This document shows positions 36,927-49,091 of a stretch of 64,000 nt of DNA, in pieces (within the stretch, counting starts at the first letter, position 1; each line of letters starts with the position of its first letter). Source of the DNA: Octopus vulgaris (lineage: Eukaryota); NCBI GenBank assembly GCA_951406725.2, contig OX597822.1:54808001-54872000 (forward strand). The letters are read 5' to 3'. The notes under the pieces were generated by a model. That model was not told where the DNA came from. It did not search any database and saw only the letters and a program-made list of their open reading frames with translations. A program made the position numbers and the translations under genes.

Positions 36927-36962
<36 letters not shown>

Positions 36963-36990
36963 CACCACAACTATAACTACTACTAGCACT
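36680..36990. repeat. (CTA/CCA/CTG)n compound microsatellite with an internal ~50-bp duplication
   Basis: caccactgttgctgtwgttgcagctacargtggtgaagctgttgctgctgct occurs twice (~36746 and ~36873). Confidence 0.9.
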
Positions 36991-36994
36991 TTGA

Positions 36995-37400
36995 TACTCT
37001 TACTCTTTTACTTGATTCAGTCATTTGACTGTGGCCATGATGCAGCACTGCCTTTAGTTGAGCAAATCGACCCCAGGCCTTATTCTTTGTAAGCCTAGTA
37101 CTTATTCTATCGGTCTCTTTTGCCGAATTGCTAAGTTACGGGGACGTAAACACACCAGCATTGGTTGTCAAGCGATGTTGGGGGGACAAACACAGACACA
37201 CAAACATATACACACACACATATATATATATACATATATACGACGGGCTTCTTTCAGTTTCCGTCTACCAAATCCACTCACAAAGCTTTGGTCGGGCCTA
37301 GGCTATAGTAGAAGACACTTGCTGAAGGTGCTACACAGTGGGACTGAACCCGGAACCATATGGTTGATAAGCAAGCTACTTACCACACAGCCACTCCTAC
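36995..37400 (-). mobile_element. tRNA-derived SINE, family A, full length
   Basis: Reverse-complement homology to the other family A copies. Confidence 0.85.
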
Positions 37401-40034
37401 ACAGATAAATTTTAACAATAAAATTTTATATGGACCCCAAGGGCTATATGAATCCCATTTGTAAACCACTGACCTACATGAAGAGTTAAAACCATTTTAA
37501 CAACTTTATAGGGAAAGCAATGCACTGGGACCACTTCATACACAACCTGAGCATACATAGATTAGCATTGAGATCTCTAGATCTGTGTGACCCCTGGACA
37601 ACAGCCCAGGGTTCCCAGGCCTTAAGATACGCTAATAAAGGCCCAGCTGTGATGTTCATTTTGTGGCAATTTCTCAAGCATTTCCAAGACAGACTAGGCA
37701 TGGATGTGTGGTTAAGTAATTTGTTTTGCAACCACATGATTTAATATTTAGTCCTTGTGTGTATCATCTTGAGCAAGTATCTTTACTACAGCCCTAGGCT
37801 GACCACTGCTTTGTGAGTGATTTTGGTAGGTAGAAAATGTGTGGAAGCTTATAGTATACAGACATACATAAGTATATATTTAAATTTAAGTACCATCATC
37901 ATTTAATGTCCGTTGTCCATGCTGGCATGGGTTGGACATCGTCATCAACTACAAGTATATAAATGTATAAGTATATCTATTTAAGTATATATGAGCATGT
38001 CTAGATATGCAATTATATGCATAAAACTACGTACATAAAAGAAAACATACAAATCTGCATGTATACATACAAAAATACCCTGTTGGTGTTGTTGAAATTC
38101 CCACGAAGGAGCCTTGGATCTAGGTGAGAAACCAGCTCTTTCTCTATTGGCAAGAAATTTTGAAATAAAACTGAATAATCACATACACACACACATACAA
38201 AGATGCATACAAGCATGGATGCTTGCCATGCATGCTTAAGTGGCAATCTGGATAAGCTAGGGTTTCCAGAAAAAGAACTTGCACATTATAAACAGAATCT
38301 GTAAGTGGAACAGTAAAATTATGCAAAATTTTCCTCAAATTTAAAGTGTGACATTGTTTTTATATCTACATTGTAACAATAGAACCTTTTATCTTTGTTG
38401 AAGCCAGCTCCTTCACAGAGGAGAACATAAACACATATCTGTCTGTTGCTGAAGGATTAAAATTAATCAAAGGACATAATATGTATGTCTACCTGCTGGA
38501 AATAACAGTCAAAACTCTTATCTTAATTGCCAAAATACACCGATAATAACTACAGAAATCAACCATATAAAGATAAATGGGCTAAGACAATCTCTTAGCA
38601 TACATTCAAGTGTTAGGACTCACGTGGACCAGTTTCTGGATTGGCATTATTGCCTCACCTCCCTCTGTCTGTATGTATATGAGTGTTTATGTGCATCTGT
38701 GAAGGAGTGCTGGGATCTAGTTAAATTGATTCGCAAAATCAGTCCCCTTTAATTTTGCTCAGATTGCTTTCAATTTTGGTGTATCGATGCAACTCTGAAT
38801 ATGATAAACCAATTACTTTGTCTCATAAATAAAAAAATCTGATGTTTTTTTGAATTAAAGTTGGGAAATTTGGGTAATTTTAGCTAATCAACAGACAGCG
38901 AGGCATTAACAGATTGTTACCAAGACGGCCAGCTAGCAGAAACGTTAGCATGCCTGGTGAAATGCTTAGTAGTATTTTGTCTGTCTTTATGTTCTGAATT
39001 TAAATTCTGTTGAGGTCAACTTTGCCTTTCATCCTTTTGGGGTTGATAAATTAAGTACCAATTGCATACTGGAGTTGATCTAATCGACTGGCCCCCTCTC
39101 AAAAACGTTTGGGCTTTGTGTCTAGAGCAGAAAAGATTAACAGCTTGTTACTATGACAATTGCACGTTGTGATGTCTTTCACCTCACCCGCGTCTGTACT
39201 GCACGTGTGTGTGCGTGTATGTGTATGTGTGGGTGTTGTGTGTGAGGAGGTATTTGTGTGTGTATATGTGCGTGCATGTATGTGTATTGTGTGTGTGGGT
39301 ATATATGTGCGTTCATGTGTGTGCTTGTAAGTATGTTGCATGTGTGTGTGTTTTGTGTATTGGATCTGGTTAAATTGATTCATATGTACATATAAACTTA
39401 CATATGAATACATGAACTTATATATTAATGATGTACATAAAAGGTATACATAATACTGAAGTACACATAAAGCAACCACAGGTAACAGGTCATTTCACAG
39501 AAGCTAAACTATAAATTTCACAGGGAACAACCTTAAAGTTGACACCACTGTCTCACTATTGACTAAAAATACAAAGATTTTTTTTTTATTTTTAAACCTC
39601 TGTAACTTCTTCTTCACAAGATCGTGGATTTACAGCAATAAGAGTGGAAAACTACATCAATACAACCGATTTTCAGATTTTTTACTTCCTTAAAAAAAAC
39701 ATGCAGAATCTGTGAATCAATTTAACTAGATCCTGAGTGCTGACATTCCACAGCTTTTCTTGCCACCATCCAAGTGAAACGGTGACATGATGCATACATC
39801 CCTTATTCATGTTATAGACCAGTTGTTCTGTGATTTCCAAGATCTACAAAAGAAAAATCCCTTACTTGACAAACAGTTAAAGGTTGATGACAGGAAGAAC
39901 ATCTGTCCATAAAATCCTGCTTCAGATAACTCCCTGTCTAACCTATGCTGGCATGAGTAAATGTTAAGCAAATGAACACTTATAATCGGAAGAACTTGGA
40001 TTTTGTGTTTGCGTGTATACATGTATTTGTAAAC

Positions 40035-40320
40035 ATCATCATCATCATTGTTCAACCGTGGTCGAGACAATGGAATTTACCATGCTACGCCAGACTTCAC
40101 GGTCCATCATGGCATTACGGAGGTCCTGTTGCTGGATGCCTGTATCCCCGGAGATTACATCAGGGTAGGAGAGTATGCGCCCTCTGATATTGCGAGTAGA
40201 TGGCTTCCAGAGGAGAAGAGTAGAAATTACTTCTTTTTCAGCTCTACAACAATGTCCAGCAAACTGGACTCTCCTACCTTTCACAAGAGATGACACAGGT
40301 GGTAGTTTCCCATATATTTG
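40035..40320 (-). mobile_element. 5'-truncated RTE/RTE-X-like LINE 3' end with (TGA)n tail
   Basis: Open reading QIYGKLPPVSSLVKGRRVQFAGHCCRAEKEVISTLLLWKP...AMMDREVWRSMVNSIVSTTVEQ* (RR..FAGHC.R and DR..WR motifs), followed directly by a tgatgatga tail. Confidence 0.85.
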
Positions 40321-40417
40321 CATACATACATAGTTTCCCATATATTTGTATACATACATGTTCATGTATTTGCATATATATATATATACATATATATATA
40401 CATATACACACATACAT

Positions 40418-40469
<52 letters not shown>

Positions 40470-41510
40470 ATATGCGATGGGCTGCTGAAAAGTTCCTAGC
40501 GTTAGGTAAAAGAAAATGCAGGCGGGTCAATTACTTATCATTTTATTCAACATATTCCCCTCTCAGATTCACACACTTGTTGCAGTGGTCCTTCATTTTT
40601 ACTAAGCCCTGCAAAAGAACTCAGAAGGTTGGGTTTCCAACCTCGCCTTTCACAATATCCTTAAAACCAGGAACTTTTCGTGTGTATGTGTGTGTATGTG
40701 TGTGTGAGGGTGCATGGCTTAGCGGCTAGAGTATTACACTTACGATTGCTTGATCGTGATTTCAATTCCTAGAGTGGGAGGTGCGTTGTGTTTTGGAGCT
40801 AAACACTTCATCTTTGCTCTGCTATCACTTCGGTACCTGACGCGTGGTACACTGTGCCCCTTTTCAGACAACGTCGATCTGATGGAGAAAGTGAAATAAT
40901 GTTCGGCACGAACATTTGATCACTATAAACAAATGATGTGTGCAGGTCGTTCGGCAAAAGCTGAACTCATACGTCGTCTTCCACGGGAGAGTCCATAATA
41001 TATGTATGTGTGTGTGTGTTTCCCTTGTTGCCAGAGCAGCTAACTGGCGTTCGTGCCAGAGGCACGTAAAAAGCACCATTCGAGTGTGATCGTTACCAGC
41101 GTCGCTTTACTGGCACTTGTGCCGGTGTGCAGGTGACACGTAAAAAAAAAAAAAAAACACGATTTTCCATGACCGTGGCCAGTACTGCCTGACTGGCCCT
41201 CGTACTGGTGGCACGTAAAAGCACCCACTACACTCTCGGAGAGATAGGCGTTAGGAAGGGCATCAAGATTGAAGCCTGGTGCAGCCATCTGGTTCACCAG
41301 TGCTCAGTCAAATCGTCCAACCCATGCTAGCATGGAAAGCGAACGTTAAACGATAATGATGATGAGAATGATTTGTGTGTGAGTGTGTGGCAAGGTAATT
41401 GTTTGGATATGTACACATGTTTGTGAGAGGGAGTGTAAATGCATGTGTATATCTATAATGAATATTTTTTTAGTTTATGTATATGTGTGTGTGTATGCAT
41501 TATGTTAGAC

Positions 41511-41711
41511 CAGTGCTTTTCAACCTTTTTGCTGGAGCGGAATCCCAAGGAAACATTCCACTGGCTCGAGGAACCCCTGTGCAATAATTTAATAATCTTA
41601 TGCACACATATCTGCACAAGAGAAATAAAAATGACTGCCGATTTTAGCAGTTTTGTAACTTCTTGCGGAACCCCTGGACTGTACTGGCGGAACCCTGGTT
41701 GAAAACCACTG
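41511..41711. mobile_element. hAT (Charlie-like) MITE, 201 bp
   Basis: TIRs CAGTGCTTTTCAACC / GGTTGAAAACCACTG. Perfect 8-bp TSD tgttagac at 41503-41510 and 41712-41719. Confidence 0.9.
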
Positions 41712-42204
41712 TGTTAGACTGTCTGTACCTTCTGTGTCTATGAGAAAGAGTGATGTGAGTGTGTGTCTGGTTGTGCGTATGTACACAGTTTGAATCAGAC
41801 ACTAGCAATAAGAAGATAGGCAAAATGATAATTTGATGTCTAGTCCAGCCTTAACTGAGATATTTGACAGTCTGTTTCAACAAGAAGGGTAATCAGATCT
41901 GACGTGAATTTCTAATTACGAAGCTATAAGAAATACAAACCGATATTTCTTCAGAATTTACAAACTCAAACAGATTCTTCAGCAGCGAAGCTTTTCAAAT
42001 ATTTAACATAGCCTTACCAACATGTGACGACATGTCGCCATATAAACATTGTTAAACACGAATCACCTTTAGGTGTGTCTGATCCATGTATCTATAAATC
42101 TTGTCTAATTGTATATCTATATTTCAGCCTCTCTCTCTCTCCTAGTCTCATTCTCATAATTTTTTTTTTTCATATTTCCCCCTAGTTTTCTCTACTGCAT
42201 ATAC

Positions 42205-42218
42205 ACGCATGCATGCAT

Positions 42219-42265
<47 letters not shown>

Positions 42266-42299
42266 TGTATGTATGTATATATGTATGTATATATGTATG

Positions 42300-42333
<34 letters not shown>

Positions 42334-42347
42334 TGTATGTATGTATG

Positions 42348-42379
<32 letters not shown>

Positions 42380-42419
42380 TATATATATATATGTATGTAT
42401 ATATATATATGTATATATG

Positions 42420-42450
<31 letters not shown>

Positions 42451-42560
42451 ATATATGTATATATATATCCTTACTTATATACAAACACATACATAATAAT
42501 ATACATACATACAAATATATACATACGTACGTATATACATACACACGTTTACATTCGTAC
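42205..42560. repeat. (TA)n/(TATG)n compound microsatellite
   Basis: Directly visible. Confidence 0.95.
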
Positions 42561-42759
42561 ATACATGATGATGGCTGTCAACTTGTAGACGAGTATGTTC
42601 ATCGTTGACAAAGTAATATCAGTGCAAATTTTTCGGTCCTACACAGCTTGCAGAACGCTTCATTAGACCTTCAGGTATAATAATAATAATAATCATAATA
42701 ATAATAATGATGATGATAATTATAATAATAATAATTATTATTATTATTAGTTTTATATC

Positions 42760-43795
42760 TAATGCGGCTTGCTGGCAGAATCGTCAGTAAGTTGGACGAA
42801 ATGCTTAGCGGTATTTCACCCGTCGCTACGTTCTGAGTTCAAATTCCGCCGAGGTCGACTTTGCCTTTCATCCTTTTGGGGCCGATAGATTAAGTACCAG
42901 TGAAACATTGGGGTTGATATAATCGACTAGTCTCCTCCCCACAAATTTGAGGCCTTGTACCTCCAGTAGAAAGAATTAATATTATACTTAAGGTGGCGAG
43001 CTGGCAGAATCGCTAGCACGGTGGGCGAAATGCTTAGCAGTAATTCGTCCATCTGCACGATCTGAGTTCAAATTCCGCCGAGGTCGACTTTGCTTTCATC
43101 CTTTCGGGGTCGATAAATTAAGTACCAGTTGCGTACTGGTCCATCTAATAGACTGCCACCCCTCCCCCAAATTTCGGGCCTTGTGCCTAGAGTAGAAAAG
43201 AATATTTTATTTCGTCTGTCTTTATGTTCTGAGCTCAAATTCCACGGAGGTCAACTTTGCCTTTCATCCTTTTGGGGTTGATAAATTAAGTACCAGTTGC
43301 GTACTTGGGTCAATCTAATCGACTGGCACCCACTCCCCCAAAATTTCGGGCCTTGTGCCTAGAGTAGAAAAGATTACATTTAAGGCGGTGAGCTGGCAGA
43401 ATCGCTACTACAGCGGCTGAAATGCTAGTGGTAATTCGTCCGTCTGCACGATGTGAGTTCAAATTCCGCCGAGGTCGACTTTACCTTTTAGCCTTTCGAG
43501 GTTGATAAATTAAATACCAATGAAACATTGGGGTCGATGTAGTCGAATAGTCCCCTAAAGTCTCAGGCCTTGTGCTTCTTAGAAGAAGGGATATTTGTGC
43601 ATAAGGCGGTGAGCTGGCAGAATTATTAGCTCGCCGGGCAATATGCTTAGTGGCATTTCGTCTGCCTTTACGTTCTGAGTTCAAATGTCGCCGACTTTGC
43701 GTTTCATCCCTTTTGGGGTCAATAAAATAAGTATCAATTGAGCACTTGAGACAATGTAATTGCTGACCTTGTGCTAAAATGTTTGAAACCAATAT
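42760..43795 (+). mobile_element. Cluster of ~5 head-to-tail family B SINEs, CpG-retaining
   Basis: Repeated heads (aaggcggtgagctggcagaatcg) and cores (caaattccgccgaggtcgactttg). Confidence 0.85.
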
Positions 43796-44043
43796 TATAT
43801 TTGTACATCAATCGAATCAGATAATTCCAATAATGGAATAGTAATGTTCGTTTTGGCGATGAAGTTTTTCAGGCGTATGTTCGTTTCGTTTTGGCGATGA
43901 AGTTGTTTCAGGGGCATGTTCTAAACCTTTTCATTGCCCCCACTCCAAAAGAATTTTAAGGTGTAGGGTGCTTTCACCCATCCCCACAACCAACCTCCGC
44001 ACACCCTGTTCCCGAGCCTATGTTTCCAGCCTATTGACATGAT

Positions 44044-44144
44044 CAAAATGGTTCATATTTGGTTGATTAAAAATGTAATGGCAAGTATTTATTGGCCTTT
44101 TTTCTTTCCTTCAAAAATCGGCACGAACTTTCCGGACAACCCAA
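44044..44144 (+). mobile_element. Isolated right end of the same mariner family as 22852-23399
   Basis: caaaatggttcatatttggttgattaaaaatg...aaatcggcacgaactttccggacaacccaa followed by TA. Confidence 0.85.
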
Positions 44145-44284
44145 TATTTAGTGTCAATATGGGTCACACGCTCAGGAATGTGGGAGCACCGTGATCTCAA
44201 GCGCAAGGAAAAGATCCTCAAAATTATCAATGCATTCCCTGCATATCTGGTTTTATATTAGAGTGATCATCTCTCAGAAGAGAC

Positions 44285-44500
44285 ATCTTCTTCTTCTTAA
44301 TCCTTTTTGCCCCTTGTGGAGCATAGGACCTCAACAGTTGTTTTCCACTTTTTGCGGTCATTGGCGTGTTTCTTGGCTGCTTCCCATGTCAGGCCGGTGG
44401 TCCTGAGCTCGTTCAAAATGCTCCGCTTTCATGCCTGCTTCGGGCGTCCTCGCTTCCTGTTCCCCTGCGGGTTCCAGTCAAGTGCTTATCGTGTCACATT
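44285..44500 (-). mobile_element. RTE (BovB-like) LINE 3' end with (GAA)n tail
   Basis: Minus-strand reading ALDWNPQGNRKRGRPKQA*KRSILNELRTTGLTWEAAKKHANDRKKWKTTVEVLCSTRGKKD*, then gaagaagaag. Confidence 0.85.
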
Positions 44501-45542
44501 TGAGGGGTTTTTTTATGACACACACTGCGGAAAGAACCCTCAAATAGAGGAGACATACTTGAACAAAAGCTGAGGGGTGGCTCAACACTCAGTGGTCTAC
44601 CAGCAAGCCGCAGCCCAACCCGACTTTGTGAGAGGCCGTGTCATTGCTAATAGTCGTTGGACCTACACTGAGTTCATCCGTACTTTTGACAGGTCTAGTT
44701 GTTTCGTCCTGTTGGGGTTTCTAGCAACTCTTCTCACTAGGCTAGTCCGGTTGGGGGTGCCGGTTTAGTGATCAACGATTCGATCATGCAACAAATCACT
44801 GGATTCGATGTCACCTGCAGCACACATAAGAGACGTCACAAGTGACCTAACATACATGCATATGTATGGAAGGAAAAAAAAGGATGGGTTTTTCATTGAA
44901 GGAATACAATTCAATCAAAGCTGACTGAGGGGTAAACAATAAATTCTGCCTCATTAAATTCCGTTTGACCTATGCAAACATGGAAAAATGATGATAATTA
45001 TCATCATAAAGATGAAGACACGTACGTACATGCATACATACATACATATATACTATACACTGGTTTCAAATTTTGCCACAAGCCCAGCAATGTTGAGAGA
45101 GGGGGTAAGTCGATTACATCGACCCCAGTGTTCAATTGGTACTTATCTCACCGACTCCGAAAGGAAGAAAGGCAAAGTTGACTTCGGCAGAATTTGAACT
45201 TAGAACGTAAAGACGGACGAAATGTTGCTAAGCATTTTGCCCAGAGTGCTAACGGTTCTTCCAGCTCACCGCCTCATCTAAAGCAATGAATATCAACTAT
45301 CCAAGGCACGAAATCAGAGAGGAGATCTCGAAATTCCAGGAGATCCCTGAAAAATGGATATATGTATGTTGTGCAACAAGAGCCGAGTGCATGCGGCGCT
45401 ATAGAGCAAGCAGAAAAATGAGCTCAAGAAACAAAAAGTCTTCGACTCAGAATTAGAAATCTCAGATGAAAAGACCATAAGACAGAAAGAGAGAGGGAGA
45501 TTAATAGATAGATACAGAGGAGCTGATGAGAGTAAACCGTTA

Positions 45543-45969
45543 CAACAAAGCTTCTCAACGTGGGCGGTACCGCCCCTAAGCGGGCGCTGGGTGTGTCGAG
45601 GGAAGTTTCAGATTTTAGGGGGCGGTGAGGTAACATAATTAACATACTAAATTTTACGAATAGTAGTTAATATATGATATTATATATGATTAAACTTGTA
45701 ATGGTTATTGAAATAAAATAAGATCTCATAAGCCACAGGGAAGTCATAAACTTGCAATGAATAAAGTAAACTTACAATTTTTGTCTTCATTAACTTTTTA
45801 TCATTTCACTCTTAAAAGCTTATACAATCTAATTTTAGAGTAAAATTTATAAATTATCATGTTAACTTAATTCAAACATACCTGACCCACCACATTGGTG
45901 GGTGCTAAGTATAACAATTACTTAGAAGGAAGGAGGGGTGCTATCAAAGATAAAAAAGAGAACCACTGC
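45543..45969. mobile_element. Degenerate hAT-like MITE
   Basis: Left end ...gcttctcaacgtgggcggtaccgcccc and right end gagaaccactg, resembling CAGTGGTTCTCAAC-type termini. TSD not clear. Confidence 0.45.
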
Positions 45970-46353
45970 ATCAGAAGATTAAGAGTAGGTGTTAATGAAG
46001 AGAATCAAAATAAGCACGGTGTTTACAAGACATAGTTCAAAGTCTTGACAAAATATGAATTCCATATGTCATCACTTTTGATGGTACGAGCAACTATACA
46101 AAACATATAAATTGATATGTATTATAAAAAAATATTCAACTTAACAGTGGATCAAAATAAAGAAAAGTTAATTTTGTAAATTATTAATTTAATCTACTTG
46201 TAATAAATGATAGATGAACTCGGTGAAGTATAGGTTGAAATGATAATTTATCATTTGGAGTCGGTGGTGTTATGCTCCATTAGTTCTTTCTCCAATTTTG
46301 TAGAAGACGAAGGGGAATTAAGAGACACTGAATAGTAAGTACGTTATCAGTAT

Positions 46354-46746
46354 TGTAGTGACGCCAGGATTTAGACGCCATTTTGGGATGTCTATCTGAG
46401 CATGTGCAATGTTTGGTGTCATCCGGTAGGCCGCCGGAAGTCCCCTGATGCGCATGCGCAGTAATCAGGAGCAGTTAACCTTTCCCGCTATTCCAAGCCT
46501 CTTGGCTCTTGGCGGTCGATGAATTAAGACGTATTCCGACAAGGCTCCGAGCGAAGAGGTGAACCAGACTCGAAGGCGAACAAGACTGTTTTAACCATGG
46601 TGATTTAATCCGACTCTGCTGCCTTCCTAACCCAGGCGTTCATGCTACCGATTACCAGCGATGAAGTAACTCCTTCTGTGAAATAATAAACTATTATTGT
46701 TATTTGTTCAGCTATTCATGTTCCCGCCGTTTCATTCCTTTCTACA
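46354..46746 (+). mobile_element. Probable solo LTR (393 bp)
   Basis: TGTAG...CTACA terminal inverted repeat, GC/CpG-rich U3-like part, AATAAA near 46685, sharp compositional edges. The TSD is imperfect (gtat/acat). Confidence 0.6.
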
Positions 46747-47596
46747 ACATTGTAGGGAAATGTGTGAGCACCCTACAAGTGGAGATATCACACAGAGATA
46801 GATAACAAAAAATCCTACAGTATTGTCAACAGAACAACATGATGATGATGAGACAGCAGATTGGCAGACTGTAGGTTTGATACCAGGAACAATGACGTTA
46901 TGGTTTCTTTTAACATACAATAATAAATCACTTGAAACAAAATATTGGTTGTCTTCTGTGTTTGAAGATGGTACGTCAATGAACAACAAACATACGAGAT
47001 AATCATTTGTATCATCTAGAATAATCATTTGCATTACTATTTATCACCTGCTTACTAACAACAATCACAACTGTTCAGTTTTAGAGTTATGTATCTTATT
47101 CAGTGAGGTTTCATATGTGTGATATAAGTTCCTTTAATTTACTTTCCGTCATCTATAGAGCCATATATACTATTCACTCGATTATTACGATGCCTCGGCC
47201 CACTTCTAAAAATATCAGCTCTACATTCTGTGTCGACTTTTAATCGTTTAAACTACTATTCTGCAGTGAGTGACAAGTCACTTTTCTTTTTCTGGTACAC
47301 ATGTATTCATAACTGTGTTCGCCAGTGCATCTTTTCTTTCTAAAGACTATTTCTAACAGGTGGAATGACCATGCAGTGGCTTCGTCACTGGTTTGTGAAC
47401 TGTATTTAGTTGTTCGATCATTTAATTAATCTCGTCATAAATATGGTCGAATAGACCTGGATTTAACAACGTCTGCTCTGCACAGAATAATAAAATTCGT
47501 ACACTTTAGAAAAATGTTTAGTGTGGAGTGATCACTAATTTAAAGTATGAAAAGTGTTCGTGACAAAGTCCATTAAATGCGCTTTTGAGAAGCCTG

Positions 47597-49091
47597 TGTA
47601 ATGAATATCAGAAGGCAGATTTTAAACAAAGCATTGTGACTTTATTTCGTTTTTGGATTTGGTTTGCAAGATTCTTTATATGAGTTCGTGTGTTGAGGCA
47701 TATTCTGTTGTATGTGGGGAGAGTCATTCTCTTTTTGTGCCTTATAATTTAACACATCTTGCAACCTTTTCAATAGTCTTGAAAAGGTTGCAAGACGCAA
47801 CGAAAATTTTAGGAAAATAAAAATAAGAAATAAGTGGAAATTTTACCGGTGAGTGTATTAAATTATAAGGCGCAAAAAGAAAATGACTCTTCCCAGACAC
47901 AACAGAAGATTGTGACTTTATTAAAATAGGAACGAATGCTGGCAAGTAGTATGCCTGTATGCATATGTGAGTCAGGTAAAGTATTATAACTTACTTTTGC
48001 ACAAACTGATTCTGTTGGAAGCCGTTGTAAACTTATAGGAACGAAGCTAGCTTAAACGAAAATATACAGTTCATTATGAGGCAATGTTGTGGCTAATGTC
48101 ATCCAGACTTTCGAGGAGCGAAGTTAACATAAATAAACTAGGTTGTTCAGTAGGTGACAAGTCGAGAGCCGATAGAACTCCAAGTTGGCCGCACGAGATT
48201 GGTGGTGAGAAACTAGAAGCTGTTTTATATTGAAAAGGGAACTATAGCATCTGTGTCGTTTTTTCGCCATCTAGTTAAAAACCGCGCTTCTCTGCTCTGC
48301 AGTGAACTTCCTTTTGTATTCCTACGCGTCCAGCCCTGATTGATTGGAGTATGTCATAGCACAACTGTACTTTGCCGCGGCAACACGAAATAGCTTTCCT
48401 GACTCACTACAGTACCCACTGTTCAGACTACAAGTCGATATAAATAACAGTAAGAAAGAAAAGGGAGAAAATGCAAAGCAAAATGTTCAAACAATGGGGG
48501 AGAAATGAATACATTAAGAAAAGCAAGCGTGCAAAATTGAGACAATGACAGACATATAGGGATGGGTCATATATAAATAGTTTTACAAATTCTCTTGGGC
48601 CAATGGACACGACGACCACTGCGGGTTGTTGTTCCGTGTGTTGGTGGGGGTGGGGGAGACGTGTGTGAAGCGGTGTATGTGTGGAGTATATGAGGCTCCG
48701 GGTTATGAGCATCTGTATTGGCCCTTTTAAGCCTATCAACAGAGACAGTGTCTCTGGAACCATTGTAGTCAATGGTGAAATGTTTGTTAGAAAGGAAAAG
48801 AACACGATAAGGTCCTGAATAAGGTTGAGTGAGAGGACTTCTCACGGCGTCGTTTCAGACGTAAACGTGTATCTTCAAGGCCATGTCCCCCGGAACCGCT
48901 GGTTTCTCGGTTTGATGCCGAGTGTTCATCGGTGACGTCTTTTCGTCAACTAGTTAAAAACCGCGCTTCTCTGCTTGGGTAGAGAACCACCTTTTGTATT
49001 CTTACGTGCCCAGCCCTGATTGGATGGAGTATGCCATAGCACAACTGTATAATGCCGCAGCAACATAAAATAGCTTTCCTGACTCACTACA
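47597..49091 (-). mobile_element. Internally deleted Gypsy LTR retrotransposon (partial 5' LTR, integrase C-terminus, PPT, 3' LTR)
   Basis: ~140-bp direct repeats at 48270-48411 and 48950-49091 begin TGTAGTGAGTCAGG on the minus strand. Between them is RSPLTQPYSGPYRVL...TVSVDRLKRA...TTRSGRRVHWP (GPY/F module). Purine-rich gaacagtgggtac precedes the 3' LTR, which ends AATAAA...TCATTACA at 47597. Confidence 0.8.
47647..47908. mobile_element. Fold-back element inserted in the Gypsy LTR
   Basis: 14-bp TSD attgtgactttatt at 47633-47646 and 47909-47922. Same family as 20465-20670 and 63333-63621. Confidence 0.8.

Noticed and set aside
42182-42608. Multiple Y/I/M/C-rich ORFs (also 56145-57226 and 58849-59235)
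   Set aside because: Microsatellite translations.
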